Source: an uncultured delta proteobacterium (GTDB lineage Bacteria; Myxococcota_A; Polyangia; Polyangiales; Polyangiaceae). From it: DNA of 64,000 nucleotides. The stretch spans positions 128,001 through 192,000 of the forward strand of contig CAVOKF010000001.1 in NCBI GenBank assembly GCA_963696385.1, in the 5' to 3' direction. Positions 53,206 through 62,903 of the stretch are shown in pieces. The translations under genes were made by a program, and so were the position numbers. Within the stretch, counting starts at the first letter, position 1. Every line of letters begins with the position of its first letter. A model generated the notes under the pieces. That model ran no database searches, had not been told where the DNA came from, and worked only from the letters and a program-made list of their open reading frames with translations.

Positions 53206-53390
53206 CGCGACCTCGTCGGCGAGAAGATCGTCAAGAAACGAGTACTAGACCCGAGTGCGGACCTGCGACCGAGCCCAAAAGCGATCTCTCTCCGGTACTC
53301 CTCGGCGATGCGGATCATCAAGGCAGCGATGACGAGCGGGTGCAACGCGACCGCAGCCCCAACCTGACCCAATAAACCTGCTGCATTCAT
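53202..53390 (-). CDS. Small hypothetical protein (62 aa)
   Basis: AAGGAG SD; hydrophobic N-terminal half. Confidence 0.4.
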   Translation of the reverse strand: MNAAGLLGQVGAAVALHPLVIAALMIRIAEEYRREIAFGLGRRSALGSSTRFLTIFSPTRSR

Positions 53391-53460
53391 GGAAGCTCCT
53401 TGAGCAACGGCAACGGGGATCGCTGAACGCAAGACCCATGCCCGGCCGACCCAAGGTGCG

Positions 53461-54291
53461 CTAGCTCTGCTTCGCGGCGTGATACTCGCGCCGGATGTGC
53501 TCGATGTTCACCGAGGGCTTCGGGAACTTCAGGTGCAGTCCCTCCAAGTGTTCCACGACGATCCGCGCCACCGCCAGGTTCCGGAACCATTTGTGGTCCG
53601 ACGGAATGACGAACCACGGCGCGTGGTCAGTACTGCAACGCGACAGCACGTCCTCGTACGCAGTCATGTAGTCACCCCACAGCTTCCGCTCCTTGTAGTC
53701 CGACTCGCTGATCTTCCATTGCTTTGCCGGTTCGTTGAGCCGTTCTGCGAATCGCTTCAGCTGTTCTTCTTTGGAAATGTGCAGGTAGAACTTCAGAATG
53801 TGCACATTGTTTTCCACGAGCTCCTTCTCGAAGGCGTTGATCTGATCGTACCGGCTCGACCATACTCCCTCGGGAACGAGATTGTGGACGCGGACGATCA
53901 GCACGTCCTCGTAGTGCGAGCGATTGAAGATCGTAGCGACTCCACGAGGCGGAACGGCATTGTGAATCCGCCACAGGAAATCGTGTGCGAGTTCTTCTGC
54001 GGAAGGTTGCCGGAACTGCGCGACGCGACAGCCCTGGGGGTTCATGGCCGCGAGGAAGTGGCGTATCGTGCCATCCTTTCCGCCGGCGTCCATTCCTTGC
54101 AGGCAGAGCAGAACGGAGCACTGCCCGTCGGCATAGAGCAGCTCCTGTAGCTCGAGGAGCTTCTTCCGGTCCTTCTCGATCTCCTCGGCCGCGTCCTTGT
54201 GACTCTCATGGTGCGCCGTGAATCGGGTGTCGATCTCCGTCAACTTCACCGTGCTCCCCGGCACCACTCTGAATCGCTCGATATATTTCAT
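53461..54291 (-). CDS. ppk2: Polyphosphate kinase 2 family protein
   Basis: QGMDAGGKDG, HDFLWR, FNRSHYEDV, KFYLHISKEEQ, APWFVIP. Confidence 0.93.
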   Translation of the reverse strand: MKYIERFRVVPGSTVKLTEIDTRFTAHHESHKDAAEEIEKDRKKLLELQELLYADGQCSVLLCLQGMDAGGKDGTIRHFLAAMNPQGCRVAQFRQPSAEELAHDFLWRIHNAVPPRGVATIFNRSHYEDVLIVRVHNLVPEGVWSSRYDQINAFEKELVENNVHILKFYLHISKEEQLKRFAERLNEPAKQWKISESDYKERKLWGDYMTAYEDVLSRCSTDHAPWFVIPSDHKWFRNLAVARIVVEHLEGLHLKFPKPSVNIEHIRREYHAAKQS

Positions 54292-54401
54292 CGTGGTCTC
54301 CCATCTGTGCGAGCCCTGCCCGACACGAATGCGCGAAGTGTACTGACATATCGGGTGAACCTGCCATTGCACGTGTGATCACCGCGATCCATGGCGAGCT
54401 A

Positions 54402-55596
54402 GTACCTCGAATCCATTGACGCGACGGGTTTTGCTTTCCATGGCGACGAGGGCGTGCTCCATGGTGGGCCATGAAAAAGCGCTACGTAGTGAATCTGACG
54501 GTGGACGAGCGGGCGGCGCTGACGCAGCTCGTGAAGCGTGAGCGCGTCTCGGGCCTGAAAAGGCTTCGCGCAAGCATTTTGCTGAAAGCCGACGAAGGGC
54601 TGACCGATCAGGAAATCTCGGACGACTTGGAGGCCGGGCTCGTCACGGTGGAGCGCGTGCGCAAGCGCTGCTGCGAGCGCGGCGTCGAAGCGTGCCTGGA
54701 GCGCAAGCCCCAAGACACCCCGTCGCGGCCGCGAAAGCTCGACGGGGCCTCGGAGGCGCGGCTGGTTCAGATCGCTTGCAGTGAGCCGCCCGCAGGGCGG
54801 GCACGGTGGACCATCTCGCTTCTCGCGGACCGACTCGTCGAGCTGAAGGTGTTCGACTCCGTCAGCCCGAGCACGGTCCAGCGCGGTCTAAAAAAAACGA
54901 AATCAAGCCCTGGCTTGTAGAGCGCTTCTGCATTCCGCCTGAGGAAAACGCGGCGTTCGTAAAGTGCATGGAGGATGTGCTCGACGTTTACCATCGACCC
55001 TATGATCCGGACCGGCCGCAGGTCTGTCTCGACGAGACCAGCAAGCAGTTGCTCGAGCACACCCGCCAGCCCGTTCCTGCGAGCCCCGGCACACCGGCCC
55101 GCGTCGATGACGAATACAAGCGGTGCGGCACAGCCAACATCTTCGCTGCCGTGGAACCGCTGACCGGGCAATCCGTCGTCGAAGTGACCGAGCGACGCAC
55201 GGCCGTCGACATGGCGCATTTCTTAGCCCGCCTGTCCGACGAGACCTACGCAACCGCGACCGTCATCGTCTTGGTCATGGACAACCTCAACATCCACGAT
55301 CTTTCGTGCCTGTACGAAGCATTCGCGCCCAAAGAGGCTCGTCGTCTGGTCGAGAGGTTCGAGGTTCACCACACCCCCAAGCACGGCAGTTGGCTCAACG
55401 TCGCCGAAATCTTCCTCTCGACCCTATCGATACAGTGTCTCGACCAGCGCGTCGGCAGCATCGGCGCGCTCCACACGATCGTCTCCGCGTGGCAGGCTTC
55501 GCGACCCGACCGCAAGGTCAACTGGCGCTTCACCACGGCGGACGCACGCATCAAGCTGCGCCGCCTCTACCCTTCCATTCCGTAGAATCGGGGTAC
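54402..55596 (+). mobile_element. Complete IS630-family insertion sequence
   Basis: Ends GTACCTCGAATCCA and TAGAATCGGGGTAC, TA duplicated (54400-01, 55597-98), empty site CTAG. Confidence 0.92.
54471..55585 (+). CDS. IS630 transposase in two ORFs joined by a frameshift at A8 (54890-54897)
   Basis: HTH part (GRARWT) plus DDE part (CLDE, VMDNLNIH, HTPKHGSWLNVAE). Confidence 0.92.
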
Positions 55597-55761
55597 TAGG
55601 CCCCATCTCGTGGACGCGCTCGACGAGCTCGGGAGTCGCACGAGCCTCGCCGTGCCCGTGCCTGTTGATGTACCGCTTGGGTTGCGACGGCCTTGTCCTG
55701 GACCCTCTGCGTCAGGTAGGCGCCGTCGAAGGCTTCGTTTCATGGGGTTCTTCGCGGAAAG

Positions 55762-58278
55762 TCACCGCTGCCAGAGAATGGAAGCGACTTCCAGGGGCAC
55801 CGCGACGCCGTCTCGGCGGGGTATCACTCGGGCCGTGTAGTCCGATGAGGGGCGGCCCCCGGACACGGTCGCGCTGTAGATAGAGCCGCCCGGCGTGTCG
55901 TCGCGTCGACCCGTGCGAGTCATCTCGACACGTTCGGGCACACCTCCCGCGATGCCGTCCGCGTAGAGCTCAACCCGAACCGCCTCGGGGGCGATGTCGC
56001 TGAGAACGACCGGCACGTCGAATACATGGTGCGCGCCGCTCGTTTCGACCTTGACATCGCCGAGGCGCAGCCTGCCCCACTTCTCTCGCAGCGTGTGCTG
56101 CCAGTCCACGATGCCCTTGCCGGCTGCGCCGTTATCCGCAGCACGCTTGCGGTAGCGGGACGCGGCTGGAAGGTAGTGTTGTTCGGTGTATTCGCGTACC
56201 GTGCGGTTAGTCGAAAACCGCGGCGTCAGCCGCGCCATGCTCTCGCGCATCCGCCCGACCCACGCGGTCGGAATGCCGTTGCCGTCTCGCGCGAAGAACT
56301 CGGGAATGACCTGGCGCTCGAGCAGGTCGTAGAGCGCGTTGGCTTCGACGGCGTCCCAGGCGGGATCGTCGCCGTGTTCCCGACGGTCACCGAGCGCCCA
56401 CCCCACGTCGGGCGTGTAGGCCTCCGCCCACCAGCCATCCAGTTCCGAGAGATTCACGCCACCGTTGACCAGCACCTTCATGCCGCTCGTTCCGCTCGCC
56501 TCCCAGGGGCGCCGTGGCGTGTTGATCCAGACGTCCACCCCTTGCACAAGGTGCTCCGTCAAAAGCATGTCGTAGTCGCTCAGAAAGATGGCGTGGGAGC
56601 GAGCCTCGGAGTGGCGGATGAAGTGGATCCATTCGCGAATCAAGGCGCGCCCCGCCGGGTCTTCCGGGTGGGCCTTACCGGCAATGATGATTTGCACCGG
56701 GCGCTCGGCGCTGGCCAAAAGGCGCAGCAAACGCGCCGGGTCGTGCAAGAGAAGATTCGGCCTCTTGTAGGTCGCGAAGCGGCGCGCAAAACCAAGGGTC
56801 AATGCGTTGGGGTCAAAAAGATGCTTCGCCCCCGCGACCGCTTCGGCCGAAGCGCCGGCAGCGGCAAGTTCCTTGGACAACCGTTCGCGGGCGTAGTCGA
56901 CAAGAGACTTGCGCGCGGCCGTACGAAGCTGCCAGAGCTTTGCGTCAGGAACGCGGCGAATCTGCTGCTCGAGCGCGTTCGCGTTCCCCAGCCAGCGGCC
57001 CTTCCCGCACGCTTCCGTCCAGAGGTCGTCCGCCGCACTCGAGTCCCAGGTCGGCATGTGGACGCCGTTGGTCACGTGTCCGACCGGCACTTCGGTCTCT
57101 GGCCACTGCGGAAAGAGCGGCTCGAACATCTTCCGGCTGACCTCTCCGTGCAGGCGACTCACGCCGTTCACCGCCCCGCTCCCCCGGATAGCCAGGTAGG
57201 CCATGTTGAAGGTCTCCGACGAGTCGTCCGGGTTCTGGCGACCCAGGGCCAGCAGATCGCGAAGTGGAATGCCGAGCTTCTGCGCGGCATAACCGCCAAG
57301 ATATTGCTCGATGAGAGCGGGAGAGAAGCGATCAAAGCCGGCCGCCACCGCAGTATGCGTGGTGAAAAGGTTTCCCGCTCGAGTGACGGCCAGCGCGACT
57401 TCGAAAGGCTGCCCTGCCTCTTGCATAAAGCCGCAGGCGCGCTCGAGCACGGCAAAGGCTGCGTGCCCTTCATTCAGGTGACAGACCTCCGGCCGGACGC
57501 CCAGCGCGCGAAGCAGCCGCCAGCCGCCGATGCCGAGCAGTATCTCTTGCTTGAGGCGTAGCTCCGGGCCACCGCCATACAGCTCACTGGTGATCGCTCG
57601 GTGAGCCGGGATGTTCGCCGGATCATTGCTGTCCAGCAGATAGAGCTTCACTCGGCCGACCTGGACCTGCCAGGCACGCAGCCAGACGGAATAGCCAGGT
57701 AGGGCGATCTCGAGCCGCAACCACTCGCCGTTCGCCAGGCGGACGGGCGCGATCGGCAACTGTCCGGGGTCGTTATAGGGAAAGAGGGCCTGCTGATCGC
57801 CCTCTTTGTCGATCACCTGGCGAAAGTACCCTTGCTGGTACAAGAGACCGACGCCGACCACGGGTACGCCGAGATCGCTGGTGGCCTTTAGCTGGTCGCC
57901 CGCCACATTGCCAAGCCCGCCGGAATAAATGGGCAAAGCCTCGCTCAACATGAATTCCATGCTGAAGTACGCGACACACGTGAGGTGTTCCGACGAATGG
58001 GTCTCCTGAAACCACGAGCGCGCAGCAAGCGCGTCTCTCCGGGTCCGCACCAAGCCGTCCAATCGTTTGCGAAAAGATGGGTCCGCCGAGGCGCGCGCGA
58101 TCGTGTCGCGCGAGACGGTCTGTAAGATCACCCAGGGGTTATGCGTGGTGTCCCAGAGCTCAGGATCGAGCTGCCGCCAGAGCGGGTCGGCAGCGTGATT
58201 CCAGGACCAACGCATATCCAGCGCAAGCTCCATCAGGGAATCGAATCCTGCGACTTCCGTACGAAGAGGATTGTACAT
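55762..58278 (-). CDS. glgP: Alpha-glucan phosphorylase
   Basis: YFSMEF, YSGGLG, HLNEGH, ARRFATYKR, GKAHP, EASGTSGMK. Confidence 0.95.
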   Translation of the reverse strand: MYNPLRTEVAGFDSLMELALDMRWSWNHAADPLWRQLDPELWDTTHNPWVILQTVSRDTIARASADPSFRKRLDGLVRTRRDALAARSWFQETHSSEHLTCVAYFSMEFMLSEALPIYSGGLGNVAGDQLKATSDLGVPVVGVGLLYQQGYFRQVIDKEGDQQALFPYNDPGQLPIAPVRLANGEWLRLEIALPGYSVWLRAWQVQVGRVKLYLLDSNDPANIPAHRAITSELYGGGPELRLKQEILLGIGGWRLLRALGVRPEVCHLNEGHAAFAVLERACGFMQEAGQPFEVALAVTRAGNLFTTHTAVAAGFDRFSPALIEQYLGGYAAQKLGIPLRDLLALGRQNPDDSSETFNMAYLAIRGSGAVNGVSRLHGEVSRKMFEPLFPQWPETEVPVGHVTNGVHMPTWDSSAADDLWTEACGKGRWLGNANALEQQIRRVPDAKLWQLRTAARKSLVDYARERLSKELAAAGASAEAVAGAKHLFDPNALTLGFARRFATYKRPNLLLHDPARLLRLLASAERPVQIIIAGKAHPEDPAGRALIREWIHFIRHSEARSHAIFLSDYDMLLTEHLVQGVDVWINTPRRPWEASGTSGMKVLVNGGVNLSELDGWWAEAYTPDVGWALGDRREHGDDPAWDAVEANALYDLLERQVIPEFFARDGNGIPTAWVGRMRESMARLTPRFSTNRTVREYTEQHYLPAASRYRKRAADNGAAGKGIVDWQHTLREKWGRLRLGDVKVETSGAHHVFDVPVVLSDIAPEAVRVELYADGIAGGVPERVEMTRTGRRDDTPGGSIYSATVSGGRPSSDYTARVIPRRDGVAVPLEVASILWQR

Positions 58279-58526
58279 GGGGTGGTGGGCGCCTGCTTGA
58301 TCGCTCGGGGAAATCCGGCTGATGTTCGTCGTTGCGTCACGATTCCGTGGTGTTGCCTGCTGCGACGGATGAACTTCGCGGGTGGATCGCCAAAGCCGAC
58401 TGGATATCGCAGCGCGGACAGCCCCTTATCGGCGAAGCCGTCGAGCCTCGGTCATCCATCGTCCGCGGCGACGAGACGGGTTTGGCCTGAACGTGAGGGA
58501 GATCCATTCCGGCTCGTGGCCTAGAA

Positions 58527-58542
58527 TGCAAAGGATATGCCG
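58527..58542 (-). promoter_or_regulatory. Candidate sigma54 promoter (glgP)
   Basis: CGGCATATCCTTTGCA on the minus strand, about 250 bp upstream. Confidence 0.5.
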
Positions 58543-58845
58543 TTTTGCATTTGCACAGGCCGACAGTCGGATGACAACGCGCTGCGGGCGGCCAGAGGTC
58601 GGACCGTTCGCGTCGCGCGAAGTCGGGTTCGCAAGTTGCCCGCGCCTCGTCTTTCAAGCCTCGCATCGCCGCGAGGGTATGCGCACGGCGCGTCTTCTCT
58701 CGCAGCGTGGCTGTATCGGGAAGGCCCCTCAAGAGGGCTGCCGCAAATCCGTGGGTGTGGCGCCAAGCCACATGGCGCGTCGCGCCACACGGGGTCGGCC
58801 GGCCGTGTGCATCCGGGCCTGATTATTGCGTCGGCGTACGGGGCG

Positions 58846-59220
58846 ATGCCGCTCGTCTCGCACATCGTTTACGGCATCGCTGCGGCGGTGGTCGTTCTCG
58901 CGGCGCTCAAGACTGCGTGGGTGAGCGGCGGCCGGAGCGTCGTTGGACCTGCTCTGGTCGTCGTGCTCCTCGGCAGCTGGGCACTGTGTGTATGGCTGAC
59001 TCCCTTGGGCCCTCAGCTCTGGCGTGCATCTTCGCTGGGGCTTCTTGCTGCCGGTGCATTCCTCGTGGTCTCGCTCGACGGCGCGCGGGGAATCTCTCTT
59101 TTCACGCGGCACCCGAACATGCCGGCGCTACGCAGGGCGGCCTGGCTCGTTCTCTTGATGTTCGCACTCCCGGTGATTGCGCATCTCTCCGGTCTCGGTG
59201 GCGCATCCGACCCGAGATGA
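58846..59220 (+). CDS. Small four-TM membrane protein
   Basis: Four hydrophobic segments in the C-terminal part of ORF 58537..59220; start inferred. Confidence 0.55.
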   Translation: MPLVSHIVYGIAAAVVVLAALKTAWVSGGRSVVGPALVVVLLGSWALCVWLTPLGPQLWRASSLGLLAAGAFLVVSLDGARGISLFTRHPNMPALRRAAWLVLLMFALPVIAHLSGLGGASDPR

Positions 59221-59483
59221 CGATCGGCTGCGCGCGCGGCCGTGGAGCATCAGCAGAACGGCAACGCGGTTTGGGTCACTACGGCGTCCGATGAGTGCGC
59301 TGTGCGGTTGCCACCGTTCGATCTTGAGATGGACGTGAAGGCGTCTCTGGATATCCGCGAAGCCCGAGTGAAGCCGGGTTGGCCGACGATCACCAGCTGG
59401 GGAACGGACGGGTCTCCTGTTTGCCGCGCTGGCAGACCCGTACGTACGTGGGGCCGAGACCGCGAGATCCGGCGCGCGAAGAG

Positions 59484-60299
59484 TCACTGCGACGACGCGA
59501 TACCCTCGCGCTGCGACGGCTTCGGGCCTTCCGAGCGGTCGTCGCTGCCCCAGTACGGCGGCCGTCCGTAGTATTCGTGCATGCGGGCTTCGTACTCGCG
59601 CGTGATGAGGGCGTTCCCGTCCCACTCGGGGCTATTCTTGATGGCTTGTCGAGACAGGTCGACATAGACCTTGCGCTGGTCCCAACTGACACGGTTGGCC
59701 CACCGCGGGGCAACCAGGACCCGTTTGCCGAGGCCCCAGTGGCTCGTGTCGATCGCGAGATAGCGTATTTCCCATGTTTCATCGTCGACGATGAAGTCTG
59801 AGACCTTGCCGATCGCGTCGTCACTTCCCTGAATGTGGTAGCCGCGGACTTCGTTTGCGCTCCGCAAGTGGGCGTCGTTCGAGGCTTGCCCCGACGTCTC
59901 GCCGCGCGGCGTCTCGTCCCACCCACCCGCCGCGAGCCAGCCCGGATAGGCACCCATGGCCCAGGCGCCCGAGTAGCCCCAATAGTACGGATAGCCGTAA
60001 TATCGGTAATAGTCGCGCTCGTGTTGGCGGGAGACCGGCTGATCCGTGTCGACGCCGGGGCTCTTCTTGATCTTGTCCATCGTGAGAGCCAGGTGGAATA
60101 GGTCCGTCGACCAGTCCACCCCCGAAAACGAGATCGGCGAAATGAGTACTTTGCGCTCATCGAAGAAGTGTCCCGTCTTGACGACGAGATAACGAAGGGT
60201 CCAGCGTTCGTCATCGAATAAGAAGTTGACGACGCTCCCGAGTTCGCCGTCGGTTGCGGCCACCCGGTACCCGTCGAGAGCTTTTAGACTTCGCAGCAT
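59484..60299 (-). CDS. Double PRC-barrel domain protein
   Basis: GYRVAATDGELG...WTLRYLVV and GYHIQGSDDAIG...WEIRYLAID; GAGGTG SD. Confidence 0.9.
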   Translation of the reverse strand: MLRSLKALDGYRVAATDGELGSVVNFLFDDERWTLRYLVVKTGHFFDERKVLISPISFSGVDWSTDLFHLALTMDKIKKSPGVDTDQPVSRQHERDYYRYYGYPYYWGYSGAWAMGAYPGWLAAGGWDETPRGETSGQASNDAHLRSANEVRGYHIQGSDDAIGKVSDFIVDDETWEIRYLAIDTSHWGLGKRVLVAPRWANRVSWDQRKVYVDLSRQAIKNSPEWDGNALITREYEARMHEYYGRPPYWGSDDRSEGPKPSQREGIASSQ

Positions 60300-60553
60300 G
60301 GCGATCACCTCACCTGCCGGGCTAGCAAGTCCCGGTCCCGGGCAGCCGCACCCCAGCCGTTGGCGAAATGCGAGCCAAGGGATCGAAAAGCGAACCGTCC
60401 CGCGTGCCCGACCACCAGCGGGGCGAGCCACGAGCGCGCTCGCCGCGGGCGGATCTCCATCGGATCGCAGACCGCGAGGAGGGTCCAACGCCATGGCGTC
60501 TTCAGTGGTGCAATCAGCCTGAGCCGAAGGACGCGCCCTCCATTCGGCCCAGA

Positions 60554-60736
60554 TCAGGCAGGCGACCAGACGTGCCCGCGTTTGCACTGGAGGCGAACGA
60601 CGTGCACGTGCTTCTCGGCACCCGGGTTCGCGGCCGCGGGGCTCTCGTGCGCAGTCTCGGCGGTCACTTCGTTAGACCCGCACTCGGGGCAAGGGTCGGG
60701 GCTCGGTTCGGATGGCTTCCACGGGCTGGGATTCAT
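60554..60736 (-). CDS. Small putative zinc-ribbon protein (60 aa)
   Basis: CPECGS...CKRGHVW. Confidence 0.45.
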   Translation of the reverse strand: MNPSPWKPSEPSPDPCPECGSNEVTAETAHESPAAANPGAEKHVHVVRLQCKRGHVWSPA

Positions 60737-60962
60737 GACCGAAGGAGAACGCAGCTTTCGAGCCGGCGTTGGCTCTCCTCGATTGCCGCCCTCTGAGAAC
60801 GGCTATCCAACGGCCTCCCCTCGGGCGCGAAAGCGCGCCATGGACCGCGCGTCCGAATCGCAACGTGCCAAAAGCTATGGCAAAGTGCGGAGGATCGGGC
60901 CCACGCGCGCGGTGAGCTTGGGATCAAGAGTTCCAGGCTCCCGAGTGGTCCGCCGGCGTCGT

Positions 60963-60978
60963 CGGCATGCTTCGTGCG
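60963..60978 (+). promoter_or_regulatory. Candidate sigma54 promoter
   Basis: CGGCATGCTTCGTGCG. Confidence 0.4.
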
Positions 60979-60997
60979 TGCGACCGCCACGAACTTC

Positions 60998-61987
60998 ATG
61001 CGCGATCCGCTCGCTCTCGATCCAGGCGCCCAACGCATGCACGCCGGCCATGGGCTCGGCGTCGCGGCACTCCTCGCGCTCGCCTCGGCCGGTTGTGGCA
61101 GTCGCCCTTCGCAGGCCACAGCGCCCGTCGGGATGGCGCTCAAATCGGAGACGGCCCCTGCCGCGACGCATGCCGACGATGCCGACGAGTCGACCGCCAA
61201 TCTGAGGGAGCACCACCGTCATCACAGTCACGGCGGGTTTGCGATGTTCATAGCCATGAGCCTCGATTCGCTCGGCGCTCCGGCCGGCTCGGGTCCGAAT
61301 TCGGGGATCCTGGATCAGAGAGCCGGCATCGCCACGATTCAGGCGGAGATGCGGGCGAAAATGGGGCCCGCACACGACGCCGAAAAGAACGTCTTGATGA
61401 CGCTCGCCGATGGCATCGCGGCCGGCACGATCGACACGGCTCGGGTGAACGCGGCCCTCGCGCACTTGTCCGAGGTGGCCGCCAGGGTCAACGATACCGT
61501 GGCGGACTCGCTCGACGCGCTGCACGCCATCCTTACGAGGCCGCAGCGCGCCGCGCTGGTCGAAAAAGTCGAGGCGCACTTCGAGGTCTGGAACGAGGTC
61601 AATGCGGCGGACGAGTCCGATCGCGATGCCCGCGGCGGTCACCTCGGCGAGCTCTCGCGGGAGCTCGATCTCTCCCCCGAGCAGGTCGACACGGTCCGCG
61701 CGAGCTTAAAGTCCAAGGCGGGCAACACGCCGCCGGTCCCTTGGGACCGCAAAGAAGGCGAGGAGTACCTCCGAGCGTTCGGCGCGGCTTTCGAAGGCGA
61801 CGCGTTGCACGCGAAGACCCTCCCCACGGCCTCCGCGGTGAACGCCCATCTCGCTGCGTGGGGAGCGACGCGGACCGTGCTCTTCTACGAAGCCGTGGCC
61901 TCGGTACTCACCCCCGAGGAGCGCACGAAGCTGGTCACCCTGATTCGGCGGCACGCGAACTACCACCAAACCCAAACGGGCCCCTGA
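60998..61987 (+). CDS. Spy/CpxP-like helical lipoprotein with His-rich patch
   Basis: SAGC lipobox, HHRHHSH, LTRPQR / LSPEQ / LTPEER motifs; start 60998 or 61037. Confidence 0.65.
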   Translation: MRDPLALDPGAQRMHAGHGLGVAALLALASAGCGSRPSQATAPVGMALKSETAPAATHADDADESTANLREHHRHHSHGGFAMFIAMSLDSLGAPAGSGPNSGILDQRAGIATIQAEMRAKMGPAHDAEKNVLMTLADGIAAGTIDTARVNAALAHLSEVAARVNDTVADSLDALHAILTRPQRAALVEKVEAHFEVWNEVNAADESDRDARGGHLGELSRELDLSPEQVDTVRASLKSKAGNTPPVPWDRKEGEEYLRAFGAAFEGDALHAKTLPTASAVNAHLAAWGATRTVLFYEAVASVLTPEERTKLVTLIRRHANYHQTQTGP

Positions 61988-61995
61988 GGTCGACC

Positions 61996-62283
61996 ATGCA
62001 CCACATCACGTCCATTCCGGCCAAAGCCCTTCTCCTCGCCGTGCCGCTGTGCGTCGGCGCTCCCGACGAAGCTCGGGCGCAGATGCTTTCACCGGCGCCG
62101 CCCGCGGCGTTCATCGCCACGACTCAGCCGGAGTACTTCGAAAATCGGTCGGTCTACTGGTACCAAGACCACTGGTTCTACCGGGACGGGCTCCGCTGGA
62201 ACGTCTACCGCACCGAGCCGCCGTACCTCCGTAGCCGTCGGTCGAACTGGGGCAGTCGCCCGCGCTACCACTACTACCGCTGA
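61996..62283 (+). CDS. Small secreted Tyr/Trp/Arg-rich protein (95 aa)
   Basis: GAGG SD; leader ending ARA-Q; YWYQDHWFYRDG. Confidence 0.65.
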   Translation: MHHITSIPAKALLLAVPLCVGAPDEARAQMLSPAPPAAFIATTQPEYFENRSVYWYQDHWFYRDGLRWNVYRTEPPYLRSRRSNWGSRPRYHYYR

Positions 62284-62321
62284 GTCGGGCCCGACGAGAA
62301 CCACTCCTACCGCTGAGTCGG
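62267..62321 (+). repeat. 22-bp direct repeat copying the gene's 3' end
   Basis: ACCACTACTACCGCTGAGTCGG (62267-88) and ACCACTCCTACCGCTGAGTCGG (62300-21). Confidence 0.8.
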
Positions 62322-62328
62322 CATGCTG

Positions 62329-62344
62329 CGGCACGCGTATTGCG
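62329..62344 (+). promoter_or_regulatory. Candidate sigma54 promoter
   Basis: CGGCACGCGTATTGCG, near consensus. Confidence 0.6.
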
Positions 62345-62383
62345 ACTATGCACCGCTCCGCTCGAGTGAACTCGGAGTCAATC

Positions 62384-62644
62384 ATGAAAAAGCCGGATGA
62401 AGTCATCGGAAGCCTCTCGCCGCACGAGGCGAAGCAGGTTGCAGAACTGGTGAGCGGTGCCGAAAAAACACTGGCGCACGAGGCTGCGGTCACGTTCGAT
62501 GTCAGCGAGACGCGTGCGACGATTCCTGAGCGTGTCTGGGATCACGTCATCGCCCAAGCCAGCGCGGCGGGGTGGCTCGCGGAGGCAAAAGGCGCGACCG
62601 TGACGATCCGTCGCCCGCCAAACGGCAGCCGCACGTCGCGCTGA
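62384..62644 (+). CDS. Hypothetical protein (86 aa)
   Basis: GGAG SD, upstream promoter candidate, protein-like composition. Confidence 0.6.
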   Translation: MKKPDEVIGSLSPHEAKQVAELVSGAEKTLAHEAAVTFDVSETRATIPERVWDHVIAQASAAGWLAEAKGATVTIRRPPNGSRTSR

Positions 62645-62792
62645 CCGGCCGACGCGGCCACGAGCGATCCAACACGGGACAACGCGACGTTTGCCGTCGC
62701 GCGGGAGGATCGCCGTCCGGGTCGCATGTCCACATCCGCCCGACGGATCGCCGTGACCGAGCCCACCCGCAAACCGCACCGCCAACGTGTCA

Positions 62793-62808
62793 CGGCATGG
62801 CTCTTGCG
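62793..62808 (+). promoter_or_regulatory. Candidate sigma54 promoter (SPFH gene)
   Basis: CGGCATGGCTCTTGCG. Confidence 0.55.
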
Positions 62809-62903
62809 CTCGGGGCGCATGTCACGCGCTCCTTCGAGCGCGCGCCCCCCCACTCGATGCATGCGATGCATGCGATGCATCGGTCGCCGTAGGAGATCGT
62901 TCC

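Noticed and set aside
59242..59571. 109-aa ORF as a gene
   Set aside because: No motifs or clear SD; overlaps the PRC-barrel gene in antisense.
62855..62882. (GATGCATGC)x3 short repeat upstream of the SPFH gene
   Set aside because: Present, but too short to support any function.
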